A DNA stretch of 43,179 bases from an uncultured bacterium. GTDB taxonomy: Bacteria > Auribacterota > Erginobacteria > Erginobacterales > Erginobacteraceae. The stretch spans positions 1-43,179 of the forward strand of contig CAWGIE010000038.1 of assembly GCA_963822585.1 (NCBI GenBank), written 5' to 3'. The notes under the pieces were generated by a model. The model was not told the DNA's origin. It ran no database searches and saw nothing but the letters and a program-made list of their open reading frames with translations. Position numbers and translations under genes: made by a program. Of the stretch, positions 1 to 9,364 are shown one piece after another (position 1 is the stretch's first letter; each line of letters starts with the position of its first letter).

Positions 1-58
1 GCATGAAAACTTGTCTCCGGTTTTCGATCCCGGCCGCGGCGGGCACGGATCGATTTGG

Positions 59-435
59 CTACTCTTCACCCTGGCGGACTTTCTTCTGCATCGCGGCCAG
101 GTAATCGTCGAGCTCGACGATGCTCTCGAAGATCTCCTGGGGAGGGAGCGCGTTGATGATCTCGAAAACCCTCTGGATGGAGGGAGAGACATTGACCATG
201 GCGAACCTCCCCCCCGGGCGGCGAGGCCCTTCTTGGTCTTGATCACCTCGCGCACCCCCATGCTGCTGATGTAGTCCACCCCCGCCATGTCGAAGATAAT
301 GAGCCGTGGGGAGCGGGTAAGCAGAGCGGCCACTTCCTTGCCCAGGATAGGAGCGGTGGCCGTGTCGATCGAGCCGACCGGCGAAACGACGAAGACACCG
401 GGTTCTTTTTCGGTTGTTGAGACATTTAAAGCCAT
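59..435 (-). pseudogene. STAS-domain anti-sigma factor antagonist with a 1-nt frameshift (may be a sequencing error)
   Basis: ATG at 435 behind AAGGAGG; reads MALNVST...GSIDTATAP...FDMAGVDYISSMGVR (STAS motif). A G7 tract at 209-215 breaks the frame; one extra G restores ...RFAMVNVSPSIQRVFEIINALPPQEIFESIVELDDYLAAMQKK...TAG at 59-61. Not in the ORF track. Confidence 0.8.
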
Positions 436-487
436 GACGTATCCTCCTTGTTGCTAATCCCTATATTTTTAAAATGACAATAAGATA

Positions 488-646
488 AACCACGAAGAGC
501 ACGAAGGTCACGAAGAATAAATAAAAGTTGCACCGTTAAGCCAACCTACATTCAAATATTCCTAAAACTCCTGCTCCTTGCAGAGAACCCATCGATTCGG
601 CTGACGGTTCCTCATCCCACTTCGTGTTCTTCGTGTCCTTCGTGGT
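488..646. repeat. Family A inverted repeat pair (AACCACGAAG-nn-CACGAAG arms) around an AT-rich spacer
   Basis: aaccacgaagagcacgaaggtcacgaag at 488-515; inverted cttcgtgttcttcgtgtccttcgtggt at 620-646. Confidence 0.9.
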
Positions 647-693
647 GGATCACTTGATTACTAGCCGTACAACGCCAGTCGGTCACAAGTGTC

Positions 694-1422
694 TCACTCC
701 TCCCCGTGGACCATGGGGACGAAACGGACCGGGAGGTCTTCTTCCACTTCGATCTTCCCTCCTTTTTTGCGGCAGATAACCAACCGCTGGGACCACTCGC
801 CCAGGGGAAGGATCATCCGTCCACCCTCTTTCAGCTCCTCGACCAGGGCCGGGGGGATCTGGTCCGGGGCGCAGGTGACAATGATCGCGTCGAAAGGAGC
901 CTGCTCGGGCCATCCTTGGTAGCCGTCGCCGGCCCGGACATGCACCGATGGATAGCCCTGTTCGGCCAGCACCTTTTTCGCGTGCGCGGCCAGCTCGGGC
1001 ACAATCTCGATCGTATAGACCTCGGCGCCCAGCTCGGCCAGGATCGCGGCCTGGTAGCCGGATCCGGTCCCGATCTCCAGGATCTTCTCCCCCGGCTTAA
1101 CGTCGAGCCGCTCGGTCATATAAGCAACGATATAGGGCTGGGAGATCGTCTGCCCGTATCCGATCGGGCCCGGGTAGTCTCCGTACGGGTCATAGGTATC
1201 CCGGTACTTCTCCGGGATGAAGAGATGCCGGGGGACTTTGCCCAGGGCGGCCAGGACCTTCTCGTCGCTGATCCCGTACTGCCGCAGCTGGGCCACCATC
1301 AGCTCCCGGCCCCGGCGGTAATCCCTGGCGGGACCGGTCGGCGGCTTTTCCCCGCAGGCCGGGACCAGCACCGCCAGGAGCAGGAAGACTGCCGTGCCCC
1401 GTATCTTCCGGTTGATCTTCAT
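694..1422 (-). CDS. pcm: Protein-L-isoaspartate O-methyltransferase with an N-terminal lipoprotein-type signal
   Basis: GQTISQPYIVA, LEIGTGSGYQAA, GDGYQGWPEQAPFDAI and VRFVPM motifs; likely start MKINRK (1422), followed by a hydrophobic stretch and VPAC. Confidence 0.93.
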   Translation of the reverse strand: MKINRKIRGTAVFLLLAVLVPACGEKPPTGPARDYRRGRELMVAQLRQYGISDEKVLAALGKVPRHLFIPEKYRDTYDPYGDYPGPIGYGQTISQPYIVAYMTERLDVKPGEKILEIGTGSGYQAAILAELGAEVYTIEIVPELAAHAKKVLAEQGYPSVHVRAGDGYQGWPEQAPFDAIIVTCAPDQIPPALVEELKEGGRMILPLGEWSQRLVICRKKGGKIEVEEDLPVRFVPMVHGEE

Positions 1423-1542
1423 CCGGTATTCCTCTCTTTCTTGATTCTCGAATCGCCAAGCGGAGATTTCAAGGCTCACCGGCGAGACCGAATTGATTAA
1501 ATCCTGTTCGGGAAACGAATTTCATCAAGTGAAACTTATTGA

Positions 1543-1641
1543 AACCACGAAGGACACGAAGAACACGAAGGTTAATTGAACAAAAACAAAATTCAGGTTA
1601 TTTTTTAAAGAATCTTCGTGTTCTTCGTGTCCTTCGTGGTT
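1543..1641. repeat. Family A inverted repeat pair
   Basis: aaccacgaaggacacgaagaacacgaag (1543-1570) and its reverse complement (1614-1641). Confidence 0.9.
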
Positions 1642-1693
1642 AATCACATCGTTGATCCAGGTACCATCTTCAAAATATCTTCTCACCGAAAAT

Positions 1694-2518
1694 CTAATGA
1701 TCTAATTCTTCCCGAAACTTTTCTATCTCTTCCCGCCAGCGGGGGGCGTAATCGCCCCATTCTCCGGCCGAGAGTGCGGCCCGGGCGCTGTTCAACTCTT
1801 TGAGCGCTTCCGGGGAACGATCGTCCTCGGCCAGGGCGTAGGCGTAAAAAAGGTGGTTCTCCGGATGGCCGGGAAATTCCTCGGCGGCCCGCTGGAGATA
1901 CTCGAGAGCCTTCTCCAGATCGCCCGCCCCGGCGGGCCAGGCCGGCGCCCGGAGATAGAGCATCCCCAGGACCCGGACCGGTCCTCCCCGATCCGTCTCC
2001 GGCTGTTTCATCGCTCTTTCCAGGGCCTCTTCGAACCGGGGCACCTCGCCGGCGGCGGAGAGGCCTTCTTCCTCTATCAGAAGACCGAGGAGGGTGCCGA
2101 AGTAATAGGCCGCTTCCGGTTCATCCCCCTCCCCTCCCGCCATGGCCGCGGCCTCATATCCCTTCCGGACCACCTCCATTTTTCTTTCCTGATCGGTCAT
2201 CAGTCCGCTGAGCAGCAGGGCGCTGCGGGCGAGCAGGAGCGCCGTTTCCCGGCTGCTACGATCCATCAGGTAGGCCCGCTGGATGAGCTTGAAAGCGGCC
2301 AGCTGCTTCTCCCGGGGGGCCGCGTAGGAGACATACCGGGCCCCGATCCGCGCCATCTCGGCGGGATCCGGCGAATCGGTGAGCGTCTCCACCTCCATCC
2401 CCACCAGGGCCGGAGGACTTTCCCGCGGTATCGAAGCACAGCCAACCAGCCAGCCGGGCGGGAAGAGCAAGAGAACAACCGGCAGAACCGCCCAGGGATG
2501 GTTATTCGCTTCCTTCAT
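1694..2518 (-). CDS. TPR lipoprotein, TRAP TatT-like / BstC-like
   Basis: Lipobox LVGC; helical TPR pattern; GGPVRVLGMLYLRAPAWP..GDLEKALEYL segment typical of TatT-like proteins; overlaps the upstream gene by 17 bp. Confidence 0.75.
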   Translation of the reverse strand: MKEANNHPWAVLPVVLLLFPPGWLVGCASIPRESPPALVGMEVETLTDSPDPAEMARIGARYVSYAAPREKQLAAFKLIQRAYLMDRSSRETALLLARSALLLSGLMTDQERKMEVVRKGYEAAAMAGGEGDEPEAAYYFGTLLGLLIEEEGLSAAGEVPRFEEALERAMKQPETDRGGPVRVLGMLYLRAPAWPAGAGDLEKALEYLQRAAEEFPGHPENHLFYAYALAEDDRSPEALKELNSARAALSAGEWGDYAPRWREEIEKFREELDH

Positions 2519-3353
2519 ATTTCCGGATCACTTCATCCAGGGAACTCGGATTGATGGGCGAGAATCCCTTCAGGCCGAAAGACTTGAAGGCCGCCGCTCC
2601 CGCGTCGGTCTCCCCCAGGGTGGTCAGGGATGCGAGCAGTTTCTCTTTCCGGTTTCTGTCGGCCGGGGTATCGGTCATCATCAAACCGAGCGGGGGGAGC
2701 GGGGGAGATTCGTAAACAACGGCCAGTTCCTGAAAGAGGGGCAGCGTCTGCAGGCTCCGGTACTGGACATCGTCCAGGAGCACGCCGCCCAGTTCCCCCC
2801 GGGCCGCCTTCCTGATCGCGGAGAGAGGCCGGGAAGTCGGCTCCAGAGCCAGGTCGGAGAGGGGATCGAGCCTCCCCGCGAAGACGATCCTTTTCAGGAA
2901 GCCCGGATTTTCATAGAGGGTGCTCCCGGCTATGGTCTTCCCCTTCATCTCCTCCAGCGAGGAGGCGGTTCCCTTCTTTGCCACCAGGTAATACCGGTTT
3001 CCGGCATTCTCCGTCATCTCGACCGACGCCAGGGGGACGAGAGAAAGAGCTTTTCGCCGGGAGAGAAAAAAACCGAGAGAGCTGATGATAAAAGCGTCCG
3101 GGTTTTCCTGCAGGAAAGCCAGGGCGGCCGGGTAATCGGTGAAGTAATGTCCTTTGACGTCCCCCGGGGAGAGCGACATATGCCCGGCGATGATGCCCGT
3201 GAATTCATCGGTGTATTTCTCCACCTTTTCCCGGGGGGGGCCTCCGGGGAAGATGATGACCACATTTATTTCTTCCTCTTCCGCGATCGCGGAAGAGGAA
3301 GAAATAAATGCCGTAAGAACTCCTAAAATAATGCCGGCATATACATATTTCAT
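2502..3353 (-). CDS. Periplasmic substrate-binding protein, PhnD/SsuA family (BstB-like)
   Basis: Signal peptide MKYVYAGIILGVL...AIA; YYLVAKKG..SLEEMKGKTIA motif of PBP type 2; start uncertain (ORF open to 3413). Confidence 0.78.
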   Translation of the reverse strand: MKYVYAGIILGVLTAFISSSSAIAEEEEINVVIIFPGGPPREKVEKYTDEFTGIIAGHMSLSPGDVKGHYFTDYPAALAFLQENPDAFIISSLGFFLSRRKALSLVPLASVEMTENAGNRYYLVAKKGTASSLEEMKGKTIAGSTLYENPGFLKRIVFAGRLDPLSDLALEPTSRPLSAIRKAARGELGGVLLDDVQYRSLQTLPLFQELAVVYESPPLPPLGLMMTDTPADRNRKEKLLASLTTLGETDAGAAAFKSFGLKGFSPINPSSLDEVIRKYEGSE

Positions 3354-3447
3354 GATGTTTTCATGTTGCCGTTTTGGAGAAGAAAAAGCAGAGTGCTGTC
3401 GCCGTATAAACAAGATTGCTATTCATAATACATTGAACAACAATTAG

Positions 3448-3498
3448 TAACCTGGATTATTCATGAAAATTTTCAATTTTCATGAATAATCCAGGTTA
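3448..3498. repeat. Perfect 24-bp inverted repeat with 3-nt loop, overlapping the MMPL stop codon
   Basis: taacctggattattcatgaaaatt-ttc-aattttcatgaataatccaggtta. Confidence 0.9.
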
Positions 3499-6192
3499 AG
3501 GATGATGTATTTTCTTATAGTGTAGCAGGTCAATCACCGCCGGCAAAACGTAAAGAGCGGCCACCAGCGTGGCCACGATCCCGATCAGGATGATGATCCC
3601 GAAGGACGCCACACCCTGATGACGGGAAAAAATCAGGCTGAAGAGGCTGGCCATGGTGGTCAGCGCGGCGAAGGCGACCCCGCGCCCCGAGGTCACGGTG
3701 GCGGCAAAAGCGGTGATCTCCGGATGCTCCATCCAGCGGCGGACGATATGGATGCCGTAGACGATCCCCAGGCCAAGCAGGAGAGGAAGCCCCGGCATCG
3801 AGGCGAAATCGTAGTTCCGGCCCAGGATATACATCGCGCCCTGGACCCAGAGCATGCCTACCGCCAACGGTATCAGGGAGAGGAACACCGGGCCCGGACG
3901 CTTAAAATCGATCAGGAGCATGATCACGATAATGCCGAAAGCGTAGAGAAGAGCCCGCAGCAGACTTTTCACCATGACCCGGGAGGTCAGCTGATGGGTC
4001 ACCGGGAAACCGGTCGCCCCGGGGGCGATCTCCTTGAGGCCGGAAACGAAACGATCGAGAAAATCCACGTCCCAGATCGAACCGCTGGGAAAAACATACG
4101 CGACATAGTTGCCCCGGGGGCTTTTGAAGCGCGCGACCAGATCCGGGGGGAGGGAGTCAACGGTTGGCGGGGGTTCTTCCAGCCATATCCGCAGGAGAGT
4201 CGAGAGCTTTTTCAACCCCTGGAAGAGCGCTTTTTCAAATGCCCGGGAACGTTCCGCCGCCCGGGTTCCCTGGCCGGAGTCGAGATCGTTGCGCAGGGAA
4301 TCAAGCTCGCTCAGATCCTCTTCGACGGCGGATACCAGGCCGGGGCGGCCGCCGGAGAAGGCGGCTTCCTGGGCGCTTTCCAAACCGGCGCGGATAGCAT
4401 CAAGTTCGGAACGGTAGACCCCGAGCGGGGCGGCGGGGGCGCCCAGCCCGATCTTGACCCCGGCTAAAAAGGGGCGATAGGCGGCGATCAGTTGCTGTTT
4501 CTCGGCCGGTTTTTCCGGTATCAGGTCGCCCAGCGATTCGACCCGGCTGACGGTGGGGAGTGCCCGGATGCGTTCCACCTGCCGCTGAAGCCGGGCGAGA
4601 TCCGGGGCCGTAACCGCCGCGCAGGTCATCTGGAAATCGCTCTCCTCCTGCATCCGGATCTGGTAAATGGTGGACTCGGCCCCGGGAGGAAGCAGCTTCA
4701 GGGCGTTGAAATCAAAATGCAGGCGGGTAGCGGCGAAGACTCCGAAAACGCAGCCGGCCCCGGCCGCCAGCACGATGAGCGTCAAAAAGAGACGTTCCCG
4801 TTTACGGGCGGTTGCCTGCAGCGCCCGGCGCAGGGAATAATGAGCGGGCCGGATCCGGGTGGCCAGCAAGAGGGCGGGCAACAGGAGCAGGGTGGAGAAA
4901 AGTACGATAAGCACGCCCATCCCGGCGGTCAGGCCGAGCTCGGAGAAGCCGACGAAGTCGGTCCAGCCGACGGCCAGAAAGGCCAGGCCGGTCGTGAGAC
5001 CGCCGGTGAGAACGGAACGCCCGGAGGCGGTAACGGCGATCCGTACCGCCTCTTCTTCCGTCTTGCCCCGGTCCCTTTCTTCGGCTGTCCGCCGGATCAG
5101 GTAGATCCCGAAATCGATCCCGATACCGAAAAGGACCGCCAGGAAAGACGAGCTGACCAGGTTCAGGTGGCCGATGGTCAGCGAGATCGCCCCGACGGTG
5201 ATGATCATCCCGCAGCCCAGGGGGATGACCGCCAGGAGGATCTTTTTCAGCGAGCGGAAACCGAATCCGAGGACCGCGATCACCAGGAGCACCGAGATGG
5301 CGGTCGACCGAGCCACGTCGGAGTTGATGGCATGCACCTCGGTCAGGGCGTGGGCCGGCATGCCGGTGAAGGCCACGGCGATTTTTCCTTGCAGCGCGGG
5401 GTTCTCCTTCAGCACCCGGTCGCAGGCCTGTCTCACGGACCCGACAAACGGTTCCAGAAAGGTGATATCATCCGAAAGGGAGGTCGGACGAACAAAAAGA
5501 AAGAGCAACCGGCCGTCGTGGGAACGGAGATACCCGCCGGATTCGATCATCTCCGCCCCTTCGATCTTCTCCCCCCGCAACAGCGTACGATAATCGATCT
5601 CTTCCCGGGAGGGGTCTTCCAGAAATCGGCGCCATTCCCGGAAAAGCAGACGCGGGATCGTCAACCCGGTCGCGGCGGTCCCCGGGTCATCCAGGCCGGG
5701 GATCTCGCCGGCGAGTCCCCGGTTGATCAGGCCCAACAGAGAGGGGAGACTTTTCACCCGGGCGATCTCGGCGATCAGCGGCCGGTAGCCGCCGATCCCT
5801 TTCAGCCCCTCGGCCAGCGTATCCTCCGGGATAAAATAGGGGGCCCATTTCAGCAGGCCGGCGACGTCGATCTGGTAGAAAACCGATCGGACATACTTTT
5901 TCTCGTTCCTGATCGCCGCGGCGAAGAGATCGGCGCGGGAGACCAGTATCGCGGGATCGCCTTCCAGGACCACCACCAGCTCGTCGGCGGCGCCGAATTC
6001 TTCCAGGAAGGAGAGAAAACGGGCCTGTTCGGGCTCTTCCGGGGAAACCAGTTCGTTATAGGAGGACGAGATCGTCAACCGGGGGATGAAAGCGGCGAAG
6101 AAAAGCGTTATCACCCCCATGGCCAGGATAACCGGCCGCCCGTGACGGAGTCCCAGCGTGTAGATGAACTGTAGAATTCTGTCCTGTATCAA
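3496..6192 (-). CDS. MMPL/HpnN-family RND lipid transporter (BstA-like)
   Basis: Two repeats of TM + large periplasmic loop + 5 TMs; GIGIDFGI (TM4), GLGIVYGIH (TM10), AALTT; start uncertain (TTG 6192; ORF open to GTG 6315). Confidence 0.9.
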   Translation of the reverse strand: MIQDRILQFIYTLGLRHGRPVILAMGVITLFFAAFIPRLTISSSYNELVSPEEPEQARFLSFLEEFGAADELVVVLEGDPAILVSRADLFAAAIRNEKKYVRSVFYQIDVAGLLKWAPYFIPEDTLAEGLKGIGGYRPLIAEIARVKSLPSLLGLINRGLAGEIPGLDDPGTAATGLTIPRLLFREWRRFLEDPSREEIDYRTLLRGEKIEGAEMIESGGYLRSHDGRLLFLFVRPTSLSDDITFLEPFVGSVRQACDRVLKENPALQGKIAVAFTGMPAHALTEVHAINSDVARSTAISVLLVIAVLGFGFRSLKKILLAVIPLGCGMIITVGAISLTIGHLNLVSSSFLAVLFGIGIDFGIYLIRRTAEERDRGKTEEEAVRIAVTASGRSVLTGGLTTGLAFLAVGWTDFVGFSELGLTAGMGVLIVLFSTLLLLPALLLATRIRPAHYSLRRALQATARKRERLFLTLIVLAAGAGCVFGVFAATRLHFDFNALKLLPPGAESTIYQIRMQEESDFQMTCAAVTAPDLARLQRQVERIRALPTVSRVESLGDLIPEKPAEKQQLIAAYRPFLAGVKIGLGAPAAPLGVYRSELDAIRAGLESAQEAAFSGGRPGLVSAVEEDLSELDSLRNDLDSGQGTRAAERSRAFEKALFQGLKKLSTLLRIWLEEPPPTVDSLPPDLVARFKSPRGNYVAYVFPSGSIWDVDFLDRFVSGLKEIAPGATGFPVTHQLTSRVMVKSLLRALLYAFGIIVIMLLIDFKRPGPVFLSLIPLAVGMLWVQGAMYILGRNYDFASMPGLPLLLGLGIVYGIHIVRRWMEHPEITAFAATVTSGRGVAFAALTTMASLFSLIFSRHQGVASFGIIILIGIVATLVAALYVLPAVIDLLHYKKIHHP

Positions 6193-6461
6193 TGGAGCTT
6201 TCCGGAATGCCGTGAAGCGGTTTCTGTGGCCGCCGATCCGATCTCCCCTCGGATCACCGGCGCAGGCCCGGCAAATGATCGGATGATCGCGCCGCAGTTC
6301 GCTCAGCAGGGGCACTGTAACAGATGGGAATATACCGGTGAATAAAAATATGACCCCCGATTACAATTGTGAGACGGGAGGAACGTGATACACTACCGGG
6401 CTGCCGCTGGGGAATTTCAAGAACCTTGTTTTCCCTCCCCCGATTAATACTTTGGGCGTCG

Positions 6462-6582
6462 CGGAAAAATAATCATATAAAAGTATTGAACCGACATTGC
6501 CGTGATATTTTTCAGAAAATTCGTGTAATTCGCGTAATTCGTAGTTCTATTTAGTTGCCCGAGTGAAGCGAGGGCTCAGTTC
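6462..6582. repeat. Dispersed ~120-bp intergenic element (second, expanded copy at 23384-23550)
   Basis: Shared blocks cggaaaaataa, attgaaccgaca, gaaaattcgtgtaatt, gcgtaattcgtagtt.tatttagttgccc, gcgaggg. Confidence 0.8.
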
Positions 6583-6586
6583 TTTC

Positions 6587-7786
6587 ATGCATATCCTCTT
6601 ACAGGAAGGGGTCGTATTTGGAGTCAGCGCGATACTGGCCGTTTACTGGCTTTTCAAGTTCATCCTCCTATTTTATCGCTTCCGGGTCGATCCGGTCCTG
6701 GGGACCGATCCGGAGGAAACCCCCGAAAAGCCCCTGGTCTCGATCGTGATCGCCGTCCGGGACGAGGAGCGGAATATCGAGGACTGCATCCGTTCGTTCC
6801 AGAAACAGACCTATTCCAACTGGGAGATGATCGTCGTCGACGACCGCTCCCGGGACGGGACCGCGGAGATCGTGGAAAAGATGAGGGGAGAGGACCCCCG
6901 GATCCGCCTGATCAAAAACACGGAGAACCCGCCCCCCGACTGGAGCGCCCAGGTATACGCCAACGGCAAGGGGGTCACGGCGGCGCGGGGGGAATGGCTG
7001 GTCTTCACCGACGCCGACACCCGTCACCATCCCGCCCATCTCCGCTCGGCGCTGGCTTACTCGCTCCGGAACCGGGCCGTGGTGCTGACCGTCCTCCCCG
7101 GGCAGATCTGCCGCGGGTTCTGGGAGAACACCCTCCAGCCGTTTATCTTCTGGCTCTTCTGGGACTACTTCCCTCCCCGGTCCCTGAACAGGCCGGCCTG
7201 CCGGCGGGCCGGGGCCAGCGGCACCTTCTTCCTGGTCCGGCGGGATGCCTACGAGACGATCGGGGGCTGGGCCAGCGTCCGCAACACCATCCCCGACGAC
7301 GTCGCTTTCATGGAACGGGCCAAGGCCCTCGGGCTAAGGGCCCACCTGGTCACCGCCACCCGGACCCTCCATGTCCGGATGTACCAGGGGTTCCGGGAGA
7401 GTTTCGAAGGGTGGAGCCGCTACCTGCTGAGCGGGGCCAATAACAACATACTGGTCATCCCCGCCGAGATCATCTACGCGCTCGGCTTCAATCTCCTCCC
7501 CTTTCTCTTCCCCTTCTTCCTGGGACGCTATCCCTGCTCGGCCGGGCTGCTGGCACTCTCCGCGCTTTTGATCGTCTTCATCCGGTTCCGTGTCAACCGG
7601 CTGCTCGGGGTAAAGGGATGGTGGGCACTCACCCATCCGGCGGCGGCCGTGATGCTGATCGCCATCGCCGTCAACATGCTCTACCGGAGAATCGCCGGCA
7701 AGGGGATCAAGTGGAAGGGGCGGATCTACCTGGAGAACCGGCGGAGCATCTTCTGGACCGGGAAGGAGTATCGGGTGAAGAAATAG
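6587..7786 (+). CDS. Membrane glycosyltransferase family 2, HpnB/CrtQ-like
   Basis: IVIAVRDEE, VVDDRSRDGT, FTDADT, VRMY, EGWSR and C-terminal WKGR; N- and C-terminal TM helices; ORF open from GTG 6563. Confidence 0.88.
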   Translation: MHILLQEGVVFGVSAILAVYWLFKFILLFYRFRVDPVLGTDPEETPEKPLVSIVIAVRDEERNIEDCIRSFQKQTYSNWEMIVVDDRSRDGTAEIVEKMRGEDPRIRLIKNTENPPPDWSAQVYANGKGVTAARGEWLVFTDADTRHHPAHLRSALAYSLRNRAVVLTVLPGQICRGFWENTLQPFIFWLFWDYFPPRSLNRPACRRAGASGTFFLVRRDAYETIGGWASVRNTIPDDVAFMERAKALGLRAHLVTATRTLHVRMYQGFRESFEGWSRYLLSGANNNILVIPAEIIYALGFNLLPFLFPFFLGRYPCSAGLLALSALLIVFIRFRVNRLLGVKGWWALTHPAAAVMLIAIAVNMLYRRIAGKGIKWKGRIYLENRRSIFWTGKEYRVKK

Positions 7787-7816
7787 GGGGAGCTTATTCG
7801 GAAACTCATAAGCTCT

Positions 7817-7972
7817 GAAATCCTAATTTCTAAACACGAAATTCTAAATAATATCCAATAACCAGAATCATAAATCCCAAACAAAAATGCCGGGGTCGAC
7901 ACAGGTGTTTTGAGCATTTGGTCCTTTGGATTTTGAATTTATTTAGGATTTCGATATTCGGATTTAGGATTT
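7817..7972. repeat. Family C heptamer (AAATCCK-type) inverted element between convergent genes
   Basis: gaaatcctaatttctaaacacgaaattctaaa ... tttaggatttcgatattcggatttaggattt; near-copy at 11719-11865. Confidence 0.85.
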
Positions 7973-8013
7973 TCCGCAAGGATACCGCTCGATCAGAATA
8001 TCAGGTCAAAACA

Positions 8014-9003
8014 CTACTCTAATCTCCCATTCTCCCTGAACCATTCCACCGTATCCCCCACCGTCTCCTCGATCGGCCGGGGACGATACCCCAGTTCAGC
8101 GGCTGCTTTCCGACAAGAGATGTGGCGATGGTGACGGAGCGCGTGGAGCGCTTCCGGAGTAAAGAGGGGCCTGGTCCCCGTCAGCCGGGCCCAGCCGGAG
8201 ATCACGGGCGCCGACACCCTCCCCATCCACATCGGGGTAACCAGCCGGGGGGCCGAACAGCCGGCAGCCTGGGCCGCCAGCAGGGCGATATCCTTGATAC
8301 TCACCCATTCTCCCGAAGCCAGATACTTCTCCCCGGACCGGCCGTGAGCTGCCGCAACCAGGGCCATGCTCACCACATCGCGGACGTCGACCCAGTTATA
8401 ACCTCCCGCGATCAGGGCCGGGAGTTTCCGGCGGCAGATATCCAGCAGGACCTGTCCCATCCGCGACGGCTTGTAATCGTGGGGGCCGATCACACCGGTG
8501 GGATTGATAATGACGGCGTCGAGACCGTCTCGTATCCCCCGGGCAATCTCCATCTCCCCCCGCGCCTTCGACCGATCGTAAACCGGGACGTCTTCATCCA
8601 GGGCCAGGGCCCGGGCCTCGTCCACGGTACCATCCGCCGGATGCGGGGAGTGGGCATGAATGGAGCTGAAATGAATCAGCCGCTCCACCCCCGAGCTGAG
8701 GCATGCCTCCACCACATTGCGGGTTCCTTCGACGTTGGTCCGGTGCACCAGGCCGGTCCGGTCTCCCGTGATCGAGATCCGGGCCGCGGCATGATAGACC
8801 AGCTTGACCCCGGCAAACCCCCGGCGGAGAGAATCGGGGTCCAGAATATCACCCGGGACAAAATCGAGGTCAAGAGTATCGAGCGCGCGGCGATCCCGAT
8901 GAACCAGAACCCGAACCCGATCTCCTCTCTCGATCAATGCGCGGACCAGATTGCCGCCCAGGTGACCGGACGCGCCGGTCACCGCGATCATTTTTCTTTT
9001 CAT
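8014..9003 (-). CDS. NAD-dependent epimerase/dehydratase, HpnA/3-beta-HSD/DFR-like extended SDR
   Basis: TGASGHLG Rossmann motif, HAAA, SS, YDRSK catalytic motif, NPTGVIGP. Confidence 0.92.
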   Translation of the reverse strand: MKRKMIAVTGASGHLGGNLVRALIERGDRVRVLVHRDRRALDTLDLDFVPGDILDPDSLRRGFAGVKLVYHAAARISITGDRTGLVHRTNVEGTRNVVEACLSSGVERLIHFSSIHAHSPHPADGTVDEARALALDEDVPVYDRSKARGEMEIARGIRDGLDAVIINPTGVIGPHDYKPSRMGQVLLDICRRKLPALIAGGYNWVDVRDVVSMALVAAAHGRSGEKYLASGEWVSIKDIALLAAQAAGCSAPRLVTPMWMGRVSAPVISGWARLTGTRPLFTPEALHALRHHRHISCRKAAAELGYRPRPIEETVGDTVEWFRENGRLE

Positions 9004-9037
9004 ATAAATTAGCTCCCTTCGGTCGCGAATTTATATG
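9001..9037. repeat. Family K short palindrome (ATAAATT.GCTC...GCG.ATTTATA)
   Basis: catataaattagctcccttcggtcgcgaatttatatg; related copies at 19026-19058, 22203-22235 and 38273-38301. Confidence 0.7.
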
Positions 9038-9111
9038 TTAATCACATTTTTCCATGGTAAACATGAACAGGGATTGATGGTAACACTTTAACCCTTTGGA
9101 AATATAGATAC

Positions 9112-9287
9112 AAACTCACCACCGACCCTGCGTCGGTGGGAGTATGACTGACACCAACTTGCGCCAACGCCCTCACCCCTCACTTCCTCCTCTCCCGCGC
9201 CGCCGGCGCGGGAGAGGAGGAAGCGCACGCTGTGTGGATATATTCAGCAATCAATCACCTCTCCACCCCGATTGAATCAATCGGGGT
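9112..9287. repeat. Cluster of three GC-rich hairpins in a divergent intergenic region
   Basis: caccgac-cctgc-gtcggtg; 19-bp stem cttcctcctctcccgcgcc/ggcgcgggagaggaggaag (9183-9223); ccccgattga-a-tcaatcgggg (also at 19064-19084). Confidence 0.8.
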
Positions 9288-9364
9288 GGTGGATATTTTC
9301 AAGGAGCTAAAATGCCAAGAAAATGCTGAAAGAATTCGATCATTTTAATGTAGTATAAAAAGTT

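Noticed and set aside
3619..6174. Long antisense ORFs (282 and 560 aa), and similar ones at 19202-20512, 32550-34184, 38227-39567 and 39664-41346
   Set aside because: Shadow ORFs opposite well-supported GC-rich genes, with no recognisable motifs.
1694..9003. Calling the locus a hopanoid or sterol biosynthesis cluster
   Set aside because: No squalene synthase, squalene-hopene cyclase or oxidosqualene cyclase in the window; only transport and modification homologues.
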